DNA from: a virus | Taxonomy: Duplodnaviria; Heunggongvirae; Uroviricota; Caudoviricetes | DNA: 64,000 nucleotides | IMG/VR virus record: IMGVR_UViG_2513237251_000009 | Direction: 5' to 3' (one strand) | Shown here: piece after piece, positions 38,047 to 48,769 of the stretch | Numbering within the stretch: position 1 is the stretch's first letter | Layout: the number at the start of each line of letters is the position of its first letter | Notes under the pieces: model-generated | What the model was told of the DNA's origin: nothing | The model's database searches: none | The model's input: the letters and a program-made list of their open reading frames with translations, nothing else | Program-made: the position numbers and the translations under genes

Positions 38047-39984
38047 TCAGCCGCCGGACGCACTGCCGTAGTTCACTCCGGTGATCACCGCCACCGCCGC
38101 AGTACGGCGACGACGCCAGTTGATCCAGCGCTCCGCACGGATGGCCACGCTGCCTGTCTGGAACATGGAAACCAGCTCCACCGGGGACGGCGTGGTACTG
38201 TCGCCGCCCGGCTCAGACTGCATTTCCAGTGATGCCTCGCGGGACATATCCACTGCCACGCCGCCGTCATCCGCCAGATAAATATCCGGGGCATTCACCA
38301 GCACCAGCTGGTCACCCACGTACTGGGAGACAATCACCGGCAGCCCCTGGAAGGAGCCACCCAGCAGGGTCATGTCCGGGTATTCCTTCTGACCCAGCGC
38401 ATTTTTACGCATGGACAGTGCCAGGGCATTGGTGCTGGACATCAGCCAGACCGCACCGGTGGGCTGCAGGTTTGCTGCCACAAACTGTCCAAACGCAGCC
38501 TCGGCATCCGCATCCGGGTTACCGGTTGATGCCGTGCCCTTCACATCATGGGTGATGGACGCCGGGGAGACATCTGCCACTGCGGCTTTTTTCGGGTCCA
38601 CAAAGTCTGTATCCAGACGCGCCACCACCGCTTCCGCCAGCGCATTACGGACCAGTGCATCAGCAGCCGGACTGGAAAAACGGATCAATTCTTCCGTCAG
38701 TACCGCAATGGCCGACACCTTCGCATGACTGAAGGTGATGGATTCAAAATCAAACTTCGTCAGGGGTTTTGCCTTACCCTCACCCACCCAGCCGGCAGCA
38801 CCGCCGGACACCTGGGCGTGCACACGGATATTGAATGGCACCTGACGAAGTGCAGGGATCCCGCCCTGACCAAATCGCCCGATAATGGTCTGCGGACGCA
38901 GGTAATCAATAAAGTCCTGTGCGTATTCCTGATATTCAGACAGGCTGCCTGCCCACTGCGGATCCGTGGTGGTCCCCGCGCCCACTGCCGATTTCAGGAC
39001 ATGATGCAGACGACTGTCATCCGGATACTGACGACGGGCCACTTCCAGGGCTTCAGATCGGACGCCTTTAGCCGCAGCCAGCGATTTGGCAAAGCGGGCG
39101 AAGCCAATCCCCTTATCCAGTTTCTGCTCCACACGGATCACCGGCGCAGAAGCCACCGCGGCCACATTCCCGTTACCGGCCTGTTTCACCGGCTGCGCCG
39201 TGGCGGCCTTACCGGCTTCCAGTTCACGCAGGCGCTTCAGGTGCGCATCCACCTGACGGATTTCCGCTGCGGTGTTGTCGTAATGCTCTTCCTCCTCCAC
39301 ATCCAGCGTGCGCCCTTCCTCTGCGGCTTTGGTCATGACCTCCTCAAGGGAGGCTGCCAGCGCTGCACGCTTGTTTTCAAAACTTTTAATCTGTTCGCCA
39401 ATATTCATTATGGTCTTTTCCTTATGAAAAACGGTTGTTGACTGTGCCGCAGCGCCGGCAGAAGATGCGATTTTCACCACCGGTTTCCGGTTGCCGGACG
39501 CGGCAGAAAACGGGCGGTCGTAAGATTTAATGGTCCGGATGGTGCATTCCGCATTCGCGGGCACGGTGACGGCAGACACCTCCATCAGTTCCCAGCGCAG
39601 AAAATGCAGTCCGCCTCCGTCCAGAAAGGTGTATTCATGGGGACGGAAGCCCACGGACAGCCCCCTGACCAGCCCGGTCTTAATGGCCGCCCAGACCTCA
39701 TCCAGCCGGGCAGCCAGTTGCGACGGCATATCCGGTACGGGCTTCACCAGTGTTGCCGTGATTTCCAGCCCTTCGCTGACCCGGCGCACCGTACACTGCC
39801 CCACCGGGCGGGAATGGTCATGCTGCCAGAGAAACGGGATCGCACTGCCAAACTCCGCGCCCTCCGGCTCCAGGATGTCACCATCCCGATCCGGAGAAGG
39901 CGTTGACGCAATCCCGGTGATCACCCGTTCATCCTCACTGAAGGATTTCACCGTCAGCAGGGAACAGGCCCGTTTAAGAGTCAC
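38047..39984 (-). CDS. Prohead protease - major capsid protein fusion (HK97-like)
   Basis: N-terminal S78/U35-type protease pattern (...GIASTPSPDRDGDILEPEGA...GLSVGF...), C-terminal HK97-fold capsid region. Confidence 0.8.
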   Translation of the reverse strand: MTLKRACSLLTVKSFSEDERVITGIASTPSPDRDGDILEPEGAEFGSAIPFLWQHDHSRPVGQCTVRRVSEGLEITATLVKPVPDMPSQLAARLDEVWAAIKTGLVRGLSVGFRPHEYTFLDGGGLHFLRWELMEVSAVTVPANAECTIRTIKSYDRPFSAASGNRKPVVKIASSAGAAAQSTTVFHKEKTIMNIGEQIKSFENKRAALAASLEEVMTKAAEEGRTLDVEEEEHYDNTAAEIRQVDAHLKRLRELEAGKAATAQPVKQAGNGNVAAVASAPVIRVEQKLDKGIGFARFAKSLAAAKGVRSEALEVARRQYPDDSRLHHVLKSAVGAGTTTDPQWAGSLSEYQEYAQDFIDYLRPQTIIGRFGQGGIPALRQVPFNIRVHAQVSGGAAGWVGEGKAKPLTKFDFESITFSHAKVSAIAVLTEELIRFSSPAADALVRNALAEAVVARLDTDFVDPKKAAVADVSPASITHDVKGTASTGNPDADAEAAFGQFVAANLQPTGAVWLMSSTNALALSMRKNALGQKEYPDMTLLGGSFQGLPVIVSQYVGDQLVLVNAPDIYLADDGGVAVDMSREASLEMQSEPGGDSTTPSPVELVSMFQTGSVAIRAERWINWRRRRTAAVAVITGVNYGSASGG

Positions 39985-40047
39985 ATCAGCCTCCTGAAAA
40001 TAAAAAAACCGCCGCAGCGGTTCATGATGGTTACAGTGTGAACAGGG

Positions 40048-41709
40048 TTATATGAAAAAAACCGCATATTCTTTCTTTTTCGGTTCCGGGTTAAGGGACA
40101 TCAGGGAGACCGCATTGAACAGCGCCATCAGCGGGTCAATTTTTCCCCGTCCACTGGCCTGTTTGGTGATAAGAATGGCGTTACCTTTAGGCTCCACCCG
40201 GGCATTGCCGACACACCAGGCCATCAGGGGCTGGTCACCATGCACCAGCACCCCTTCAGCCAGTTTGCGCTCGGTGGTTTTAATGGCCCCGCCCAGTTTC
40301 CAGCCCTGGCTTATCCCCACCACAATTCCGTCGGGGATCCCGGCTTCCGCCAGTGAATCCAGAATCTGCCCCACCCCTGACGGGTCAATACCGATATGGT
40401 CCAGTAACTCAGCCTCATGAATGCGACGCACATATTCCGCCACTTCCGCCGTGTCATCCCCGACACGCCGGACAATGGTCATATCTCCACAGGCAACAAG
40501 ATCCTGAAACCGGGACGCCTCGCTCTTCCGTCGGACCACCGCGGTTTCATGCGCCCAGGCATGGCCCCAGCCCAGCCATTCGCGGGTTTCCCTGTCACGG
40601 CCAATCACGTACATTCCCAGCAGATCATCCAGGCCCCCGCCGTCAATCCCCACCGTCACCACATCAGCGCGCTGCAGGATATCGTCCAGGCTGACGCGCC
40701 TGCCCTGCTGCTCCCAGAAATCCGCACCCGCCCAGCGGTCAGAACGCAGGGCAAGACCAATTTCCACATTGGCATGTTTTGACATGAAGCCACGAAATGC
40801 TTCCTCACCAGCCTCCCGGGCTTTACGGTACTCCCGGTACAGAAAAGCCTCATCCACCGAATAACCGAGATTCGGGTTAACCATGGCGAGGTTTTCCATC
40901 AGCAGGTGAGCCCCGCTTTCCACCATTTCAGGAGGATGCTCAAAAATCACCGGCAGAAAGTGCGGATCATGAATTTTGCCGTCACGGACATCCCGGGCGT
41001 ACTGCAGTTTCTGTCTGAACACCCCGGCTGGCGGCTCATTCGACTGGGTGGTCGTATACACCACAAACCCTTCCGGGCGGGAGGCAAGGCCGCCTATGGC
41101 TTCACGTAACATGTCCTCCGCTTTGTACTGCTTGCCAAATAACCACAGTTCATCAATCAGCGTCCCCACGGACTTGATACCGGATACCGTATTCGGATCG
41201 GCAGCCACCACCTTCAGGGTGGTGTCCGTCACCCTGTGGGTGATGGTCCGGATATGTGTCTGCACCTGACAGAGGTCATCCAGATCATCGTCCCGTCGTA
41301 CCATATCCCTGGCAGGGTTGAAGGCGTTAGCCGCCACCTCCACGGTCGGGGCCAGAATGGTGTAGCCCGCCGCCTGCCGCCAGTTCAGTAACAGCGCCGT
41401 CATCATGATCCCGGCAGCCAGCGTGGACTTGCTGTTTTTCTTGGGGATAAGGATAAAAACTTCCTTGATATGGCGTACACCGGTCTGCGCATCGTAGGAG
41501 CCAAACAGGGCCGCCACCAGGTCAAACACCCACTGTGCGCAGGACTCCCCGAACGTCGGGCTGCCCGGTGCATCCACAATCCGCAGTTGTTTAAAAATCG
41601 CCAGGGCATGTGCGGCCTGCTCCGGATAAATCGGAGCCGGAATAATCGACAGCCCCTTTTTCAGGCGCTCTGCCCAGTCCGGGCAGGCCGTGCTCCACAC
41701 AGGTATCAT
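40048..41709 (-). CDS. Terminase large subunit
   Basis: 553-aa ORF with P-loop-like LIPKKNSKS and a C-terminal nuclease region; follows the small subunit with 4-bp overlap. Confidence 0.85.
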   Translation of the reverse strand: MIPVWSTACPDWAERLKKGLSIIPAPIYPEQAAHALAIFKQLRIVDAPGSPTFGESCAQWVFDLVAALFGSYDAQTGVRHIKEVFILIPKKNSKSTLAAGIMMTALLLNWRQAAGYTILAPTVEVAANAFNPARDMVRRDDDLDDLCQVQTHIRTITHRVTDTTLKVVAADPNTVSGIKSVGTLIDELWLFGKQYKAEDMLREAIGGLASRPEGFVVYTTTQSNEPPAGVFRQKLQYARDVRDGKIHDPHFLPVIFEHPPEMVESGAHLLMENLAMVNPNLGYSVDEAFLYREYRKAREAGEEAFRGFMSKHANVEIGLALRSDRWAGADFWEQQGRRVSLDDILQRADVVTVGIDGGGLDDLLGMYVIGRDRETREWLGWGHAWAHETAVVRRKSEASRFQDLVACGDMTIVRRVGDDTAEVAEYVRRIHEAELLDHIGIDPSGVGQILDSLAEAGIPDGIVVGISQGWKLGGAIKTTERKLAEGVLVHGDQPLMAWCVGNARVEPKGNAILITKQASGRGKIDPLMALFNAVSLMSLNPEPKKKEYAVFFI

Positions 41710-42269
41710 CCGTTGCCCTCATTATCATTATTCACCACCAGGCGGGGTGGTGGTGGCACCGCAAAACGGTTAGCCGCTTTTTTCGCCGCGTCACCTTTTG
41801 CCGATTTTTTACCGGCATCCCCTTTTTTGTGGTGCGTGAACTGCGCCAGCTTATAAGCCGCATCCAGCGCCAGCCTGGGGTCGGTATTAATGTTCTCCAC
41901 CAGAAGACGCCCCATCGCTTTCACCGGATCGGGAAGACCGTCCTCCATATACTCAATACCAGGAGATATCACCACGGGCGGTGGCATCTCCGGATTTGTT
42001 TCGTCCGGCTGTGGTATTGCAGCCGCCTCACGGCGACGGGGTTTATCCTCCGGCTCTGATTTTTTCTGCCGATAAACAGGAACCTCATCCACCTCCACCG
42101 TCTCGCACTGTTTACGGGCTATAAACGCAAGCACCTCCGGATCTTTTGCCAGCTGCGAGCCTTTAACCCTGGCTGTCTTCGCCGAATAACCGGCGGCAAG
42201 GGCTGACGCTGTTTTGTTTTTCCCGGACATGAGCGCCAGCGCAAATTTTCGTTTTTGCGTTGTCAGCAC
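41706..42269 (-). CDS. Terminase small subunit
   Basis: 187-aa ORF upstream of and overlapping the large subunit; basic N-terminus, acidic/Pro-rich linker. Confidence 0.6.
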   Translation of the reverse strand: MLTTQKRKFALALMSGKNKTASALAAGYSAKTARVKGSQLAKDPEVLAFIARKQCETVEVDEVPVYRQKKSEPEDKPRRREAAAIPQPDETNPEMPPPVVISPGIEYMEDGLPDPVKAMGRLLVENINTDPRLALDAAYKLAQFTHHKKGDAGKKSAKGDAAKKAANRFAVPPPPRLVVNNDNEGNG

Positions 42270-42339
42270 AGCCTCCTCCCGGGTCCAGAACGCACTCAGC
42301 CGGGTATGGTTCAGCCCATTTTTCCCGGCGTCTCATGCC

Positions 42340-42470
42340 GCAAATGTTAACTGCTGCCTGGTTAACATTTGCTGAAAAAGCCTGTTAACATTTTTTCCGC
42401 ACAACAAACTGAATAATAAAGATAAAAACCGCAAAAATGCCCGGGCAGCCAGTTAACATGTTAACTGCCC
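42340..42470. promoter_or_regulatory. Putative cos/terminase recognition region with TGTTAAC repeats
   Basis: Five GTTAAC copies including the palindrome ATGTTAACTGCTGCCTGGTTAACAT, between the HNH gene and the terminase small subunit. Confidence 0.35.
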
Positions 42471-42558
42471 TGAAACGGGAATTTTTTCTCTGCGTGAGAG
42501 GGGGCGCGGTGTCCAGGGCGATCGTTTTTTTTCGCCGGATGATCCCCCCCGGGTCTGG

Positions 42559-42924
42559 TCACAGGCCAGTGATTCCGTCGGCCCTGAGCGTGCCATCAGG
42601 AAGCTCAGGCAACGTCGGATCAGGCATACCACTCGCCGCTTCACTCGCTGACTTCTGGCGATGGCATTCAGTACAGAGGGTCCAGAGGTTCGTCTCCTCA
42701 TTACCACCACCGAACTGAAGTGCAATGCGGTGATCGAGTTCACTGTCACAAAGGTCAACCACGCGTCTACAGAGACAACAGTGTCCGGCATCCCTCCGCC
42801 AGATACGACGTTTGAGGGAAACCCGGGCACTGCCACTGACACGACGCTGTTCCCCCCTCAGGACATTTATCCGCCGGGTGTTCAGAGTTTTGATTCTGCC
42901 CGGTAACGTACGAAGCACAGCCAT
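42559..42924 (-). CDS. HNH endonuclease (terminase-associated)
   Basis: ...CCLCRR...DHRIALQFGGGNEETNLWTLCTECHRQK... HNH motif; sits immediately upstream of the terminase genes. Confidence 0.75.
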   Translation of the reverse strand: MAVLRTLPGRIKTLNTRRINVLRGEQRRVSGSARVSLKRRIWRRDAGHCCLCRRVVDLCDSELDHRIALQFGGGNEETNLWTLCTECHRQKSASEAASGMPDPTLPELPDGTLRADGITGL

Positions 42925-42965
42925 GTAAAATCCTCGCCATATAGCTTGTCACCAGAGGAAAGAAA

Positions 42966-43193
42966 ATGTCATCGAAAAACCGGCCCCGCAGAACAACAAC
43001 CCGCAACATCCGATTTCCAAACCAGATGATTGAACAAATTAACATCGCTCTTGACCAGAAAGGTTCAGAAAATTTTTCTGCGTGGGTCATTGAATCTTGC
43101 CGCCGGGAGCTGGCAGCAGACATAAAATATGCCCGTCAGTTGACTATAAAAAAGAATGATACACAGTATGCTCTGCGATGGCTGTTCATATAA
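42966..43193 (+). CDS. YlcI-like small protein (DUF3950-like)
   Basis: MSSKNRPRRTTTRNIRFPNQMIEQINIALDQKGSENFSAWVIE... resembles recalled YlcI of DLP12. Confidence 0.5.
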   Translation: MSSKNRPRRTTTRNIRFPNQMIEQINIALDQKGSENFSAWVIESCRRELAADIKYARQLTIKKNDTQYALRWLFI

Positions 43194-43555
43194 CTATTTC
43201 TTTATATTGCTGAATTTATAAAAACTCACAGACATTAGCTGTATTAATTCCGAATTGAAATAATCAGCCATATAGAATAAAAATAAAGCATAACAATAAT
43301 AATCTTCTACCCAATCAGTACATTACTGCTGTGACTCCAACACGGCAGTTTTTTTATTGAACAGATTCCAGTTTCTTCCACCATCGCACCGGACGGGCGA
43401 CCATGAGGGGAGAACGCCGCGCTCCGTTTACGCGGTAAACCCCGGTGTGTATCGTTTTTGATTATCCCCGCACACTCTCGCAGAGGAGTCTCCCTGTCGG
43501 GCTGCGGTCTCTGTTAATGCAGGAATACGGCGACGATACGGCGCATCAGCAAAAC

Positions 43556-44023
43556 TTAGTTCAGGCACTGAGTGCGGATATAGTCCTGTGCCCCTTCCAG
43601 CTGCTTCTGCATTGTCATCAACCGTTCTCTGAGGATGAAATAATCCCGTTCAGCGGTGTCTGCCAGTCGGGGGCCGGTTGCATTATCCACGCCGGAGGTG
43701 CCGGTGGCTTCACGCACGGTACCGGAGCAGGTGGCGTTGATCCGCAGGCGCTTACGACCAGCGGCAACATCAGCACGCAGAGTTTCATTTTCAGCTCTCG
43801 CATCGGCTAACTCCCTCGAGTATTTTGCATCGAGCGCAGCAACATCACGCTGGCGCACCTGCATGTCAGTAATGGTGGCATTCGCCTGTTCCAGCTCTCT
43901 GGCTTTTTTATCGCGCTGCGCTTTGTAGGTGAGCGCGTTGTCACGGTAATGGTTTGTTGCCAGCCACAGCGCACCATAGCCAACCGCCAGGACAATAATC
44001 ACCACACACAGAACACGGTTCAT
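43556..44023 (-). CDS. Rz: Rz inner-membrane spanin
   Basis: ...[45 protein letters not shown]... near-identical to recalled lambda Rz. Confidence 0.9.
   Translation of the reverse strand: MNRVLCVVIIVLAVGYGALWLATNHYRDNALTYKAQRDKKARELEQANATITDMQVRQRDVAALDAKYSRELADARAENETLRADVAAGRKRLRINATCSGTVREATGTSGVDNATGPRLADTAERDYFILRERLMTMQKQLEGAQDYIRTQCLN
43618..43803 (-). CDS. Rz1: Rz1 outer-membrane lipoprotein spanin, embedded in Rz
   Basis: +1 frame inside Rz; lipobox LVVSAC; Pro-rich ...[27 protein letters not shown]... Confidence 0.8.
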   Translation of the reverse strand: MRELKMKLCVLMLPLVVSACGSTPPAPVPCVKPPAPPAWIMQPAPDWQTPLNGIISSSENG

Positions 44024-44176
44024 CTCTCTTTCACCCCACCAGTCCCGATAACGTCAGGACTCGCCAGGCGGTGGAAAAGAAAATGGCAACCAGCATGACT
44101 AAAAATGAAATGCCGACAAGTACACAGAGGCTCTTCACCAGCGTTATGAGTTTATCTGATATCATTAGCCACCCCA

Positions 44177-44746
44177 TCAATCCGCCTTTGTTATTTTCCC
44201 TTTGCCTGTATCAGCCAGGACAAAATCAATCAGCATATTCGCTTCATTTACCAGCGTACGGATTTTTGATACATGCGCGGCTTTAACCTGTTTCCACTCA
44301 TTCAGCCCGGTAGCAAACACACTGGCAATGTTTTTATCCCGTTTCATGTCAGCACAAGCCTGGTTGAGTTCTTCCATCACGCTCATTTTACGGGGATTAA
44401 CGACAAAACCCTTCGTCCAGTACTCGTAAAGAACATCGTCGCACTCTTCCTGATACCGGATGACCTTATCGCGGATTTCGGGTTTTACTTTGTTGGGATT
44501 AATGGTTTGTAGCCAGCCGGCAAGTTTTCGAAGTGGCATGGACACCATATTGCGTTGTTTCCCATCCTCAGCAACCATAACGATTTCCGTTATAGTTGAC
44601 GCAAAACGCTGTCTTAACTTAGCCAACTGTGATTGCCAGGCCAGCCCCATCCCCGCAACGACAGGTTTCATGGGAACGTATGGTTCGCCATTATGGTTAA
44701 CTACATAAAGAGAGTTGCCGTGAAACGGCACGGCCATCATATTCAT
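44177..44746 (-). CDS. Phage antirepressor (AntA-like N-terminal domain)
   Basis: ...VPFHGNSLYVVNHNGEPYVPMKPVVAGMGLAWQSQ... pattern; inserted between the endolysin and Rz. Confidence 0.6.
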   Translation of the reverse strand: MNMMAVPFHGNSLYVVNHNGEPYVPMKPVVAGMGLAWQSQLAKLRQRFASTITEIVMVAEDGKQRNMVSMPLRKLAGWLQTINPNKVKPEIRDKVIRYQEECDDVLYEYWTKGFVVNPRKMSVMEELNQACADMKRDKNIASVFATGLNEWKQVKAAHVSKIRTLVNEANMLIDFVLADTGKGKITKAD

Positions 44747-45016
44747 CGGTTATTTCCTTTTAGTGATGAACCTTGTCTCACAGGAATCCAGCCCACAGAA
44801 AGGCACCGACAGCCAAACCGGTATCCTCAAGGGTCATCCTGAAAGGTTCTGTGTTGTGAGATGCGCGTGAGATGCGCAGAAATGACAAAGGCATCATTAC
44901 GGTGCCTGAGTGTTAAACAACTGCTTTGACTTTATTCACTTACATTTTGCCAATTTGCAGGATTTCGTGTTATCCGTCCATGTAAGCAAACCTCATTTTT
45001 CAGCAAAATATTCTGC

Positions 45017-45550
45017 TTATCTGTCGATTCCCCAGCACGCCAGCGCGCTCTCCTGGTCACGACGGGATACCTGACCGTAACAGTTATTTGAGCGAATACG
45101 GCAGTCCCTGCCACCGTCCTTAATCCACCAGCGAATCGCTTCGCAGGCACCTTTTCGATCTCCTGCATTAATCCGTCTGTAAAACGTCGACGGGAAACAC
45201 TTACCGGGGCCAATGTTGTACGGACAGAATGACGCGATCCCCGCTTTCTGGGGTTCGGTCAGCGGCACTCTGATGTTTTTCTCCACCCATGCCAGCGCCT
45301 TATCACGCTCAATGGCGTTAACCCGGTCGCATTTTTCCTTCGACAGCTTCATGCCAGGAATAACAGGCTTACCATCCCCCCGGGTGGCTCCACGGCAGAT
45401 GGTCCAGATACCCGCACCATCACGGTATGCTGTGGTGTGGTTACCTTCCTTTTCATCCAGAAACTGGTCGAGGATTTCAGGCGCAGACGCCCCTGCACCA
45501 ATCAGCGCCAGAACGGCAGCCGACAGGCCGTATCTGATTTTTGCGTTCAT
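45017..45550 (-). CDS. R: SAR endolysin (GH24 lysozyme, phage 21 R-like)
   Basis: N-terminal signal-anchor-release segment MNAKIRYGLSAAVLALIGAGASA followed by a lysozyme catalytic region (E...D...T). Confidence 0.9.
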   Translation of the reverse strand: MNAKIRYGLSAAVLALIGAGASAPEILDQFLDEKEGNHTTAYRDGAGIWTICRGATRGDGKPVIPGMKLSKEKCDRVNAIERDKALAWVEKNIRVPLTEPQKAGIASFCPYNIGPGKCFPSTFYRRINAGDRKGACEAIRWWIKDGGRDCRIRSNNCYGQVSRRDQESALACWGIDR

Positions 45551-45600
45551 GGATATTTATCAGGGTTTATCGATTTCAAATCCCTGGATATGTTAAGTCT

Positions 45601-45948
45601 TCAGGCCAGCGGTGGAGTCTTCAGAGAACCCGTAATTATTCCCGGTAGTTTTCCTCTGTAGGTTATCAACACATCCTGCGCCTCTAAAATTACGGGGCGC
45701 TTTTCCGGCAACGGACCATCCCCTTCACATAACCCGGCAGCAACATCCATGAAAAACTGCTTCGCCTGCTTTTTCGCCTCAGCTTCGTAAAACTCCAGCG
45801 TGGCACCTTCAGTACGGTCAAGACTAATCGCCACATCTGGCAACAACAGTGACGGATACCCACCAATTTCCGGTGCCACAGTAACAGTAATCTTATCCGG
45901 GTAATTATTTATCCCTTTAACAACCAGTTCGTATTTTTTCTTCATCAC
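45601..45948 (-). CDS. Hypothetical protein between holin and endolysin
   Basis: 115-aa ORF; start 2 bp after the holin stop. Confidence 0.45.
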   Translation of the reverse strand: MMKKKYELVVKGINNYPDKITVTVAPEIGGYPSLLLPDVAISLDRTEGATLEFYEAEAKKQAKQFFMDVAAGLCEGDGPLPEKRPVILEAQDVLITYRGKLPGIITGSLKTPPLA

Positions 45949-45949
45949 T

Positions 45950-46156
45950 TTACTCTCCCCGCGCCGCCTTACGCCGGTCTTCTTTAATCTTGAAATACAG
46001 GTTCGTCAGATATGTCAGCAGCCCAAACAGCAGACTCCCCAGCACGCCTATCGCCACCCACTGGGACGGAGAGACTTTGTCCAGCAGCTGCAGTAACCAG
46101 TATCCCGTCCCCACCGCTGACGTGGTGTATGACACACCTGTTGTGATTTTTTCCAT
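45950..46156 (-). CDS. Class II holin (S21-like pinholin)
   Basis: 68 aa with two transmembrane segments and C-terminal ...[17 protein letters not shown] as recalled for S21/EssD. Confidence 0.85.
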   Translation of the reverse strand: MEKITTGVSYTTSAVGTGYWLLQLLDKVSPSQWVAIGVLGSLLFGLLTYLTNLYFKIKEDRRKAARGE

Positions 46157-46604
46157 CTGATGTATGTCTCCGTCACCGCCGACAGAAAATGAAAGTAAAG
46201 AAAAACAAAAAAGCCGCCAGTGTCACCCACTGACGGCCAACGCCGGGAGCCGTGATTATGGCATTCAGGCTCTGCTAAAAATGCCAGATAACATTCCGGC
46301 CACCCCCTGATTCAGGTTATAAATGACACAATATCTTGACAACACCCGTCACTGTCTGTCAGAAAATATACCGCCAGGCATAAGTATCATGTGAAATCCA
46401 ACTATCCTTCTGAGCCAGCACCTCTCCACCGAAAGTCAGTGCTGGCTGTTTTTTTCCTTAATAAAGCATCTGTAACTGAAACAATCCGCATATTGATAAT
46501 ATATTGACAGGCATCATTGCTGTCTGTGAAAAATAAGTCTCTACAAACATATAAGGCCTTTTAGCCAGCGTCTTCTTTCAGGTCAGTCGCTGGCTCTTTT
46601 TTTA

Positions 46605-48455
46605 TTATGCTGCCGGTGCATTTATCTCCAGCACCAGACTTTCTATCTCAACGCCATACGCTGCATTTTTTGTAACATCCGTCAGCGTCAGCGCATTCAG
46701 TCCCAGTGTCAGACTGTCTTTTATAACCTGGAATGCCGGGCCAGCCACTCCATTCAGTTTCGGAGTAACCGTGGCACTGCCGGCGGTGAACACCAGCTCC
46801 AGCGTCTGCCAGTCGTTACCGTAATCGCCGAACTCCCCCAGCTTCGTGTTTCCGGCTTTCCTGTGATGCATCAGATTCACTCTGCCGTCAGTGGTCTGAG
46901 TAAAGTACGACATCAGGAACGGATTACCGGTACCCGTCATCGCCACACCATCAGGAACGGGAGCATCCGTATACAGATAAATCCCCAGCCCGAACTGATT
47001 GTTGGTCAGCGCGCCTGACAGGCGGAACTTACAGGTCAGTCTGCCGCCCTGTGTCAGCAGGGTAATTGCGTCATCCACCGGATGCGTCAGGGACCAGGTT
47101 TTATTGCTCTGCCTGGTGATCTTAAATACACCATCTGACAACTGAATTCCGCCATCCTTAATGCTCCAGCCCTGCGCAGCAGCCTCTCCGGCTGCCGGCA
47201 GCAGGGAGATTGTGCGAACGGACGTATCTGCAGACGGACCCGATGGCGTGTTGCCGCCGGGCGAGGGTTTGATTTCCGGTGCCTTACCACTGATGAAGGC
47301 TGAGGTGCGCCCGGCTGCGTTCAGAATAGCGGTTGCCAGACGATCCGGAATAATGCTCCTGCGCGCCCATGAACTGAAATGTGTCGGGCGGTTTGATGAT
47401 ACCTGGTTTCCATTCGTTCTCGATGCCGCACCGTAATATCCTGATGCCGGAATATCCGGATCTTCTGCCGGCGCGTTAGTGGCGGTATTGACGCCGTTAC
47501 CGTCTGTCATGAAGGGCACAAAATAAACGCCCTCACTCTCCCTGTTTTTATACCCGCCGTACACGGTGTCGTACTGGGTAGCGTATGTATTTTTCCAGTA
47601 ATACGTCGTGTCACCACAAATCCACGGCACATCTGCAGCACTGCCACCATGGCACTGCGCGTTAAACACGGAGAGGTCAGCACGAAACTGTGCCAGCATG
47701 GCTGTAAACAGCGCAGGTTGCTGTGCGTGGGTGGCGGCGCTCATGTCAAACTCTCCCTGCATCCAGCAGACGGCCAGCAGAACGTTTTTGGGATTTTTCT
47801 GCAATGCCGCTTTTGTGCGGGAAATCAGATCCTGATATAACGGCTTGCCCACCCCCCAGCGTGCCGAATCCTGGCTGGCCCCCGTGGACTCGCTGAATGT
47901 CCCCTCCGCGCCCTGGGTAAATGCCGAACCACCACGACAGCATGGTACCAGCAGGATCCCCGCGTTATTCGGGATATACGGGAGCAGTTTTTTGGCAATA
48001 TGTAACCCCTGGCCGACACAGCCGTACTGCCCTTTGCTCAGGTCTGCCTTCGGATGATTCAGCGTACTCATATCCTGCACATCATGCAGGCAGTGGTCGG
48101 CCGGAATAATATCGTTATATCTGCAGGCAGCCCCACCCGGCGTCACTGTACTGCGGCGCGCCAGCTGTTTAATGCGCGGATCCGGAGCATCGTATGAATC
48201 CGGCAGCGGAAGCCCTTCACCGTAAGCCATGGCATTGGACTGCCCGGCCAGTACGATGACGTAGTACCAATCCGGCTCAGTTGCACCACTGACCACCACA
48301 TCACCTTCTGCTGTAATCGCCTGCATCAGGGTATAAGGGGTTATGGCCACCGGACTACCAAACGGCTGCCAGCCCTCTTTCAGTTTGTGTGTCAGCTTTT
48401 CCGCAAGGTCTGACGGCGACGCCGCCCTGACAACATCATAATGTTTAATCGACAT
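46605..48455 (-). CDS. Prophage sialate O-acetylesterase, NanS-p-like
   Basis: 616-aa protein with an SGNH-like N-terminal region; position between the tRNA/cargo slot and the lysis genes as in Stx phages. Confidence 0.75.
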   Translation of the reverse strand: MSIKHYDVVRAASPSDLAEKLTHKLKEGWQPFGSPVAITPYTLMQAITAEGDVVVSGATEPDWYYVIVLAGQSNAMAYGEGLPLPDSYDAPDPRIKQLARRSTVTPGGAACRYNDIIPADHCLHDVQDMSTLNHPKADLSKGQYGCVGQGLHIAKKLLPYIPNNAGILLVPCCRGGSAFTQGAEGTFSESTGASQDSARWGVGKPLYQDLISRTKAALQKNPKNVLLAVCWMQGEFDMSAATHAQQPALFTAMLAQFRADLSVFNAQCHGGSAADVPWICGDTTYYWKNTYATQYDTVYGGYKNRESEGVYFVPFMTDGNGVNTATNAPAEDPDIPASGYYGAASRTNGNQVSSNRPTHFSSWARRSIIPDRLATAILNAAGRTSAFISGKAPEIKPSPGGNTPSGPSADTSVRTISLLPAAGEAAAQGWSIKDGGIQLSDGVFKITRQSNKTWSLTHPVDDAITLLTQGGRLTCKFRLSGALTNNQFGLGIYLYTDAPVPDGVAMTGTGNPFLMSYFTQTTDGRVNLMHHRKAGNTKLGEFGDYGNDWQTLELVFTAGSATVTPKLNGVAGPAFQVIKDSLTLGLNALTLTDVTKNAAYGVEIESLVLEINAPAA

Positions 48456-48769
48456 CGAATTTCTCCCGTGTACAGGAACAGAGTTAAAAAGCCGGAACCG
48501 GAATCAAATCACAGGATGACCATCTGCCAGTGGCTGGTCGTAAAAAAAAGGCCGCGCCATGCGCAGCCGGAAATAAAGGGATAACGATGATAGTTTGAGA
48601 AAAACAGAAATAACACTTTTGTGGCAAAGCATGGTGCCGGGTGCCTCCCGGTGAATTCAGTACCAGCACCTGAATCCGCGATTATCCCATATACCTTCTT
48701 GCTGATCGCCCCTCCGCACAGGGGGATTCACCATGCAGAAGTGTTTTTAATAAACAGCAAACAAAAAAA

